A DNA stretch of 32,000 bases. It comes from Cylindrospermopsis curvispora GIHE-G1 (lineage in GTDB: Bacteria; Cyanobacteriota; Cyanobacteriia; Cyanobacteriales; Nostocaceae). The stretch's first letter is position 1, and the number at the start of each line of letters is the position of its first letter. Below are positions 27,418-32,000 of this stretch, one piece after another. The translations under genes and the position numbers were made by a program. Where the stretch lies: NCBI RefSeq assembly GCF_014489415.1, contig NZ_CP060822.1, forward strand, positions 598,311 to 630,310, read 5' to 3'. Under the pieces are notes generated by a model. It searched no databases, was not told the DNA's origin, and saw only the letters and a program-made list of their open reading frames with translations.

Positions 27418-28077
27418 TCACAGAGTACCTTTAGTGGGTCTATTTACGGGAGTTGTGCGAGTTTTGGGTGTTTGTTGAGGCAATCGCTTGGCTGCTTGTG
27501 AGACAACTTTACCTAGGTTTACACTCAAACGACCTGTTGTTTCACGAACAGTCCCTGCACTAGAACCCTTAATACTAATTTGAGTCAGGGTTTCTAAAAC
27601 CCTGTTAGGGTTCTTGGCATTTTCGGGTTTCAGCGCAAACAGGGTATTGTTACCATCACAACCTCCTTCATCCTTTAAAGAAAGTGCGCAAATAACAGTT
27701 TTGCCATCAGTAAGTTTACCCCAGGTTAAGACTACGTCGTAAAGATTACCAGCACTATCTTCTACCGCTTGGTTGAGGTTAGCTGTAACTAGTTCACAAC
27801 GGCTCTTGGGATTATAATTTTCGCCAAAGGACTGTGCTCCTTGTTTTGTCCACACAATTATGGGAATTGGTCTACCACCGGGGCGCTGTCCTACTGTGGA
27901 CCAGTCGCTACCTTGGGCTACACAGGTAAATTTAGTTCCGTTATATTGACTGGGATCGCTGGGATCAAAGAATGCGTCATCTGATGATTGGGCTTTTAAT
28001 TGACCATGTTCTAAACCCAAAATGCCTGATAGGGCTAGGGTTGCTACTAAAACTGTGGCTGAGAATTTGCTGTTCAT
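27418..28077 (-). CDS. COP23-like secreted protein, paralog 5
   Basis: The start at MNSKFSAT (ATG at 28077) is preceded by AGGAG. It has the same core as paralogs 3 and 4. Confidence 0.72.
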   Translation of the reverse strand: MNSKFSATVLVATLALSGILGLEHGQLKAQSSDDAFFDPSDPSQYNGTKFTCVAQGSDWSTVGQRPGGRPIPIIVWTKQGAQSFGENYNPKSRCELVTANLNQAVEDSAGNLYDVVLTWGKLTDGKTVICALSLKDEGGCDGNNTLFALKPENAKNPNRVLETLTQISIKGSSAGTVRETTGRLSVNLGKVVSQAAKRLPQQTPKTRTTPVNRPTKGTL

Positions 28078-28082
28078 AATAT

Positions 28083-28155
28083 CTCCTAATTTTATTCCGT
28101 ACATCCTAGCAAGAAACTGCTAGGGTTTAAGTATGAAAATGCCTGACGCTGATGA
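28083..28155 (-). promoter_or_regulatory. conserved upstream element, copy B (5' of COP23 paralog 5)
   Basis: Homologous to 27253-27326, as described for copy A. Confidence 0.35.
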
Positions 28156-28368
28156 TTTTTACTGACTCAACCGCAAACTATTATATACTGCTGCTCTGAC
28201 CTTTACTACAAAGGCACCTCTTATATTTACTGAACCCGCCCAGGGAGATGACAAGGACTTATCACCTACAAACAAAAAGTCTTTTAACTAGCATCTAATA
28301 TTGTACTATGCGTGAATTTACTCCGTCAAGAGTAAAAAGTAGAAAATTTAGCATTTTCTACTTTCCTC

Positions 28369-28560
28369 ATGGCATACATACCACTTGAGAAAAGCGGTCG
28401 AATTTCTGGGATTGCATCCAAACACTTTGAGGAGATATGCAGATGAGGGGAAAATCAAAAGCATTAAAAACCCAGCAGGGCAAAGATTGTATATGTGGAA
28501 TCTTATGTCAGGGGTGATTCAATTAGAACTCCCACTATTTGCTACTGTGGGTGAGCTAGA
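28369..28560 (+). pseudogene. frameshifted N-terminal remnant of an IS607-type serine recombinase (TnpA)
   Basis: The reading MAYIP / LRKAVEFLGLHPNTLRRYADEGKIKSIKNPAGQRLY / VESYVRGDSIRTPTICYCG* has to be assembled from three frames. It comprises a MerR-like HTH plus the start of the CYCRVSS catalytic region. No TnpB or remaining recombinase sequence follows. Confidence 0.6.
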
Positions 28561-28561
28561 A

Positions 28562-29527
28562 TCAGAATTTAATTTGCTGTAAATGAGCACGAGGATCATA
28601 ACTACGGATAGCACGCAGTTTCTCGTAATATTCCCGCTCTTGGGGAGTGGGGTCTTTAGGGGGTACAATGGCAATTTTTACCAACTGGTCACCACGACCG
28701 CCCTTGGGTAGGGGCCATCCCTTACCACGTAAGCGCAGAGACTGACCAGAACGCACTCCTGCGGGTAATTTTACGCTGGCATGACCATCAGGTGTGGGAA
28801 CCTGGATGGTCGCACCTAAAGCTGCTTCGTCTGGTGCGATTGGCACTTCGCAAATTAGTTGGTCACCTTCAAGTTGAAAAAATGAATGGGGTGATAGTTC
28901 TGTCTTTAAATATAAATCTCCCCTTTGTCCACTCTTAGGGTTAACTGCACCTTTACCTCTCACCCGTAAACGAGTGCCAGTTTTTGCCCCTGCGGGAATA
29001 CGCACTTCAATGGTTTCATTTCCTAAACTGAATCGTTTTTGCACTCCTGCAAATGCCTCGGCGAAGCTTAGGGTAATGACAAATTCACTATCTTGGGCAC
29101 CCATATCCGGAAAACCAAAGTCTCCAAAACCACCAAAACCACTGGGTCTACCACCGGACCGAGAAGAAGTTGAGCTGCGAGGTCCTACCCCACCAAATAA
29201 ATCATTGAGGAAATCATTAAAACTGCCGTATTGACCAAAGTCAAAACCACTCATATCTACTCCCGCACCACCAGGAAAACCGCCTTCTCCTACTTGTTTC
29301 CAATATTGACCATATTGGTCATATTTTTTCCGTTTATCTGGATCCGAGAGAACTTCATAGGCTTCATTAATCTCTTTGAATCTTGCTTCAGCTTGTTTAT
29401 TTCCAGGATTAACGTCCGGGTGGTATTTACGAGCTAGTTTGCGAAAAGCTTGTTTAATTTCTTCTGGACTGGCAGTTTTACTGATTCCTAAAATTGAATA
29501 ATAGTCTTTAAAATCGGTTCCAGCCAT
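28562..29527 (-). CDS. DnaJ-class co-chaperone lacking the zinc finger (CbpA/DnaJ2-like)
   Basis: J-domain [35 protein letters not shown], a G/F-rich linker, and C-terminal substrate-binding domains. There is no CxxCxGxG repeat. Confidence 0.88.
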   Translation of the reverse strand: MAGTDFKDYYSILGISKTASPEEIKQAFRKLARKYHPDVNPGNKQAEARFKEINEAYEVLSDPDKRKKYDQYGQYWKQVGEGGFPGGAGVDMSGFDFGQYGSFNDFLNDLFGGVGPRSSTSSRSGGRPSGFGGFGDFGFPDMGAQDSEFVITLSFAEAFAGVQKRFSLGNETIEVRIPAGAKTGTRLRVRGKGAVNPKSGQRGDLYLKTELSPHSFFQLEGDQLICEVPIAPDEAALGATIQVPTPDGHASVKLPAGVRSGQSLRLRGKGWPLPKGGRGDQLVKIAIVPPKDPTPQEREYYEKLRAIRSYDPRAHLQQIKF

Positions 29528-29672
29528 CTACAAGCCTCCTGTTACAATATAGGCGAAATATAGGTTATGTTTTTTCTAGGATTAAGATGATGATCCTAAA
29601 CTAGCAAAGCATAGCAAAAATTTATTCTGGTTGTCGCTCACATCCAGGGCAATTACCGTACTTTATGGAAAT

Positions 29673-29696
29673 TATCCCCACAAGCTTGTGGGGATA
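29673..29696 (-). terminator. palindromic hairpin downstream of glgC
   Basis: tatccccacaag/cttgtggggata is a perfect 24-nt palindrome. The following U-tract is weak. Confidence 0.4.
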
Positions 29697-29718
29697 AATT
29701 TGTAGGTTAGTTCCCTAA

Positions 29719-31008
29719 CTAGATGATAGTTCCATCGGGAATAACAGCATTTTTTAAAACCACAACTATACCGCTACGGATGTAGAAACCTTGTTTTTCT
29801 CGCTCCGCTTCCTGGACGTTGTCTTTGTTGATTATCCTAACATTATGACCAATGCGAGCATTCTTGTCAATGATCGCTCGGCGAATAATTGTATCCGTGC
29901 CAATACCTAAAGGAATGTCTCCTTTGTCCAGGTTACATACCCTTTCCACTGAAGGTTGATAGAAGTCTGAACCCATAATTAAAGATTCCTCAACTATGGA
30001 ACCTGACTCCACACGCGATCGCACTCCCAATACCGAATGTTGAATGCGGCAGTTTTTCAAGATACAACCTTCACCAATCATGGATTCTTTGATATCACAG
30101 TCCAATAATTTGGAAGGTGGTAGGTAGCGGGCGCGGGTATAAATAGGTGCTTCCTCATCATAGAAGCTAAAGGGGGGGACTGGTTGTTGGGTTAGGGCCA
30201 GGTTAGCATTGTAGAAGGCTTCGATTGTACCTATATCTTCCCAGTAACCATCGAATAGATATGCTTGAACATTGTGATCTTTGGCAGCGTCGGGGATAAT
30301 TTCTTTGCCAAAATCGGTTTTTTCTAAGGACTCCCTCAAAAGTTTAATGAGAACGTCTTTTTTAAAGACATAAATGCCCATAGAGGCAATATAGGGCTGT
30401 GATCGGGCTTCTTCGCTGGTTAGACCCAAAATAGTGGTATCTACCTGCATTTTTGCCAGGGCTTCACCTTTGGGTTTCTCACTAAAGTCAATTACCCGAC
30501 CAGCACTGTCAATTTTCATTAAACCAAAATCCGAGGCCCGACGACCATCTATGGGAATTACCGAAAGGGTAATATCAGCGTTGGTCTCCCGATGGCGCTG
30601 GACAAATAAACGGTAATCCATCCGATATAGATGATCACCAGAAAGAATCAGAAATTCATCTACATCCCATTCCTGTAACATCCAAATGTACTGACGTACA
30701 GCATCAGCGGTTCCCTGGAACCAATTGGGGTTTTCCGGAGTTTGTTGTGCTGCTAGTACCTCTACAAAGCCATCGCTGAAGCCACTAAAATTGTAAGCAC
30801 GAGCAATATGACGATTTAGGGATGCTGAGTTAAACTGTGTAAGAACGTAAATTTTAAAAATCTCTGAATTTATACAGTTACTAACGGGGATATCTATTAA
30901 CCGGTATTTACCAGCCACAGGTACTGCTGGTTTAGCCCTGAGCTTAGTCAGGGGGTACAGTCTTGTACCCGCTCCCCCACCTAGAATAATTGCTAAAACT
31001 CTTTTCAC
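29719..31008 (-). CDS. glgC: glucose-1-phosphate adenylyltransferase
   Basis: The N-terminus [21 protein letters not shown] and the motif FSEKPKG, followed by a C-terminal left-handed beta-helix. The start is a GTG at 31008. Confidence 0.93.
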   Translation of the reverse strand: MKRVLAIILGGGAGTRLYPLTKLRAKPAVPVAGKYRLIDIPVSNCINSEIFKIYVLTQFNSASLNRHIARAYNFSGFSDGFVEVLAAQQTPENPNWFQGTADAVRQYIWMLQEWDVDEFLILSGDHLYRMDYRLFVQRHRETNADITLSVIPIDGRRASDFGLMKIDSAGRVIDFSEKPKGEALAKMQVDTTILGLTSEEARSQPYIASMGIYVFKKDVLIKLLRESLEKTDFGKEIIPDAAKDHNVQAYLFDGYWEDIGTIEAFYNANLALTQQPVPPFSFYDEEAPIYTRARYLPPSKLLDCDIKESMIGEGCILKNCRIQHSVLGVRSRVESGSIVEESLIMGSDFYQPSVERVCNLDKGDIPLGIGTDTIIRRAIIDKNARIGHNVRIINKDNVQEAEREKQGFYIRSGIVVVLKNAVIPDGTII

Positions 31009-31243
31009 AAAATTTCTCCAGACTACCTTTCAACTCTCATCTTTAGTTTAGGACTATGGGTTACAAATGATAAGAGGGGGGGATCAAAGAATGTTAGCCA
31101 AGAATTTTCAGCAAGTTGATTCAGTGGGTGGGGGAGACGCGGGAAATAAGGTTAAAATGAGTATAAACTATCTTAATTACATCCCTTATTTAATATTTAC
31201 ATGTATCAGCTAGTTATACTCTTAATTGTATTGATTAGTATTC

Positions 31244-31450
31244 CTAAGAAACCACTTGATTTTCTATCTGTAAAAACTGCCAAATAGTACCAATTGTTAC
31301 CACACTATAAACAATCTTTATTTGCTGATTTTGTTTTTGTCGATTGAACTCTTGAGCTGCTATCATTTCTGCTATACACTGTCCTAGTCCAGATTTGAGG
31401 TTTTCATTGGTTGGGTTTCGTATTAAACTCAACCTACAAAGGGGGCTCAA
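31244..31450 (-). pseudogene. possible remnant of a PD-(D/E)XK / HsdR-N-like protein
   Basis: [13 protein letters not shown]...[14 protein letters not shown] resembles the E-x-K ... Q ... G.VT.G..W.F core of small cyanobacterial restriction-endonuclease-like proteins. The ORF is short, starts at a TTG directly after a stop, and lacks the upstream acidic motifs. Confidence 0.3.
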
Positions 31451-31530
31451 ATGTCTTTATCAAGATTAGAATCTTGATGGCTAAAGTTATGTGTTATGCT
31501 GCTAAAAATCTTCACTTTTTACCTGGATTT

Positions 31531-32000
31531 ATGCAGATTCACACACCAGACTGGGTCAAGCACGCCATTTTTTATCAGATCTTCCCTGACAGATTTGCTA
31601 AGGGTAAACAATTTAAACCTAGCTTATTAAGCAATCCCCAATGGGAAGATTGGGATGCTTCCCCCACTTTACAAGGTTATAAAGGTGGAGACTTGTGGGG
31701 TGTTTTAGAAAAATTAGACCATATAGAAAACTTGGGAGTTAACGCTATTTACTTTACTCCTATTTTTCAGTCTGGGAGCAATCATCGTTATCATACCCAC
31801 GACTACTATCAAGTGGATCCGTTATTAGGGGGAAATGGAGCTTTTAGAGAGTTGTTAAACGAGGCGCACAAACGCAATATAAAGATTGTGTTAGATGGGG
31901 TTTTTAATCATGCAAGTCGAGGGATTTTCTTCTTCCATGATATATTAGAAAATGGTCCAAATTCTCCCTGGGTGGACTGGTTTAAAATTCAGGACTGGCC
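31531..32000 (+). CDS. GH13 alpha-amylase-family enzyme (neopullulanase/cyclomaltodextrinase-like), 5' part only
   Basis: The open frame runs to the window edge: [22 protein letters not shown]...[28 protein letters not shown]...[13 protein letters not shown]...[10 protein letters not shown] (GH13 regions I and II). It is absent from the ORF track because no stop falls in the window. Confidence 0.85.
   Translation, partial: MQIHTPDWVKHAIFYQIFPDRFAKGKQFKPSLLSNPQWEDWDASPTLQGYKGGDLWGVLEKLDHIENLGVNAIYFTPIFQSGSNHRYHTHDYYQVDPLLGGNGAFRELLNEAHKRNIKIVLDGVFNHASRGIFFFHDILENGPNSPWVDWFKIQDW

Noticed and set aside
28385-28582. 65-aa ORF that could be taken for a small MerR-type regulator
   Set aside because: Only the first ~36 aa look like a HTH. 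The sequence continues as recombinase-like text in another frame, and the ORF starts at a TTG inside a longer ATG-initiated but frameshifted reading. A pseudogene fits better.

Overview
The window looks like chromosomal DNA from a filamentous, low-GC cyanobacterium. There are at least 8 exact copies of the HIP1 palindrome GCGATCGC, and the gene content is typical of cyanobacteria. About two thirds is housekeeping: dnaX, ribosomal protein S1, HAD hydrolase, TPR protein, a divergent PstB-like ATPase, NUDIX hydrolase, folK, class A PBP, TerB-like protein, rsmB, def, HtrA/Deg protease, dnaN, 2-Cys peroxiredoxin, a DnaJ-class chaperone, glgC and the start of a GH13 amylase-family enzyme. The unusual part is an uninterrupted minus-strand block of 11 genes at about 18.77-28.08 kb, and every product carries an N-terminal signal sequence. 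Read in the direction of transcription, the block encodes a COP23-like protein, a parallel beta-helix (DUF1565-like) protein, four more COP23-like paralogs, two translationally coupled trypsin-like serine proteases (one fused to TPR repeats), a putative outer-membrane beta-barrel and a Pro-rich repeat protein. The COP23-like genes show gene-conversion tracts, share a basic C-terminal tail motif with the unrelated beta-helix protein, and sit near a duplicated upstream non-coding element. The block is bordered by a frameshifted remnant of an IS607-type serine recombinase. I could not run any database search, so all family names come from motif recognition by eye and need HMM or BLAST confirmation.
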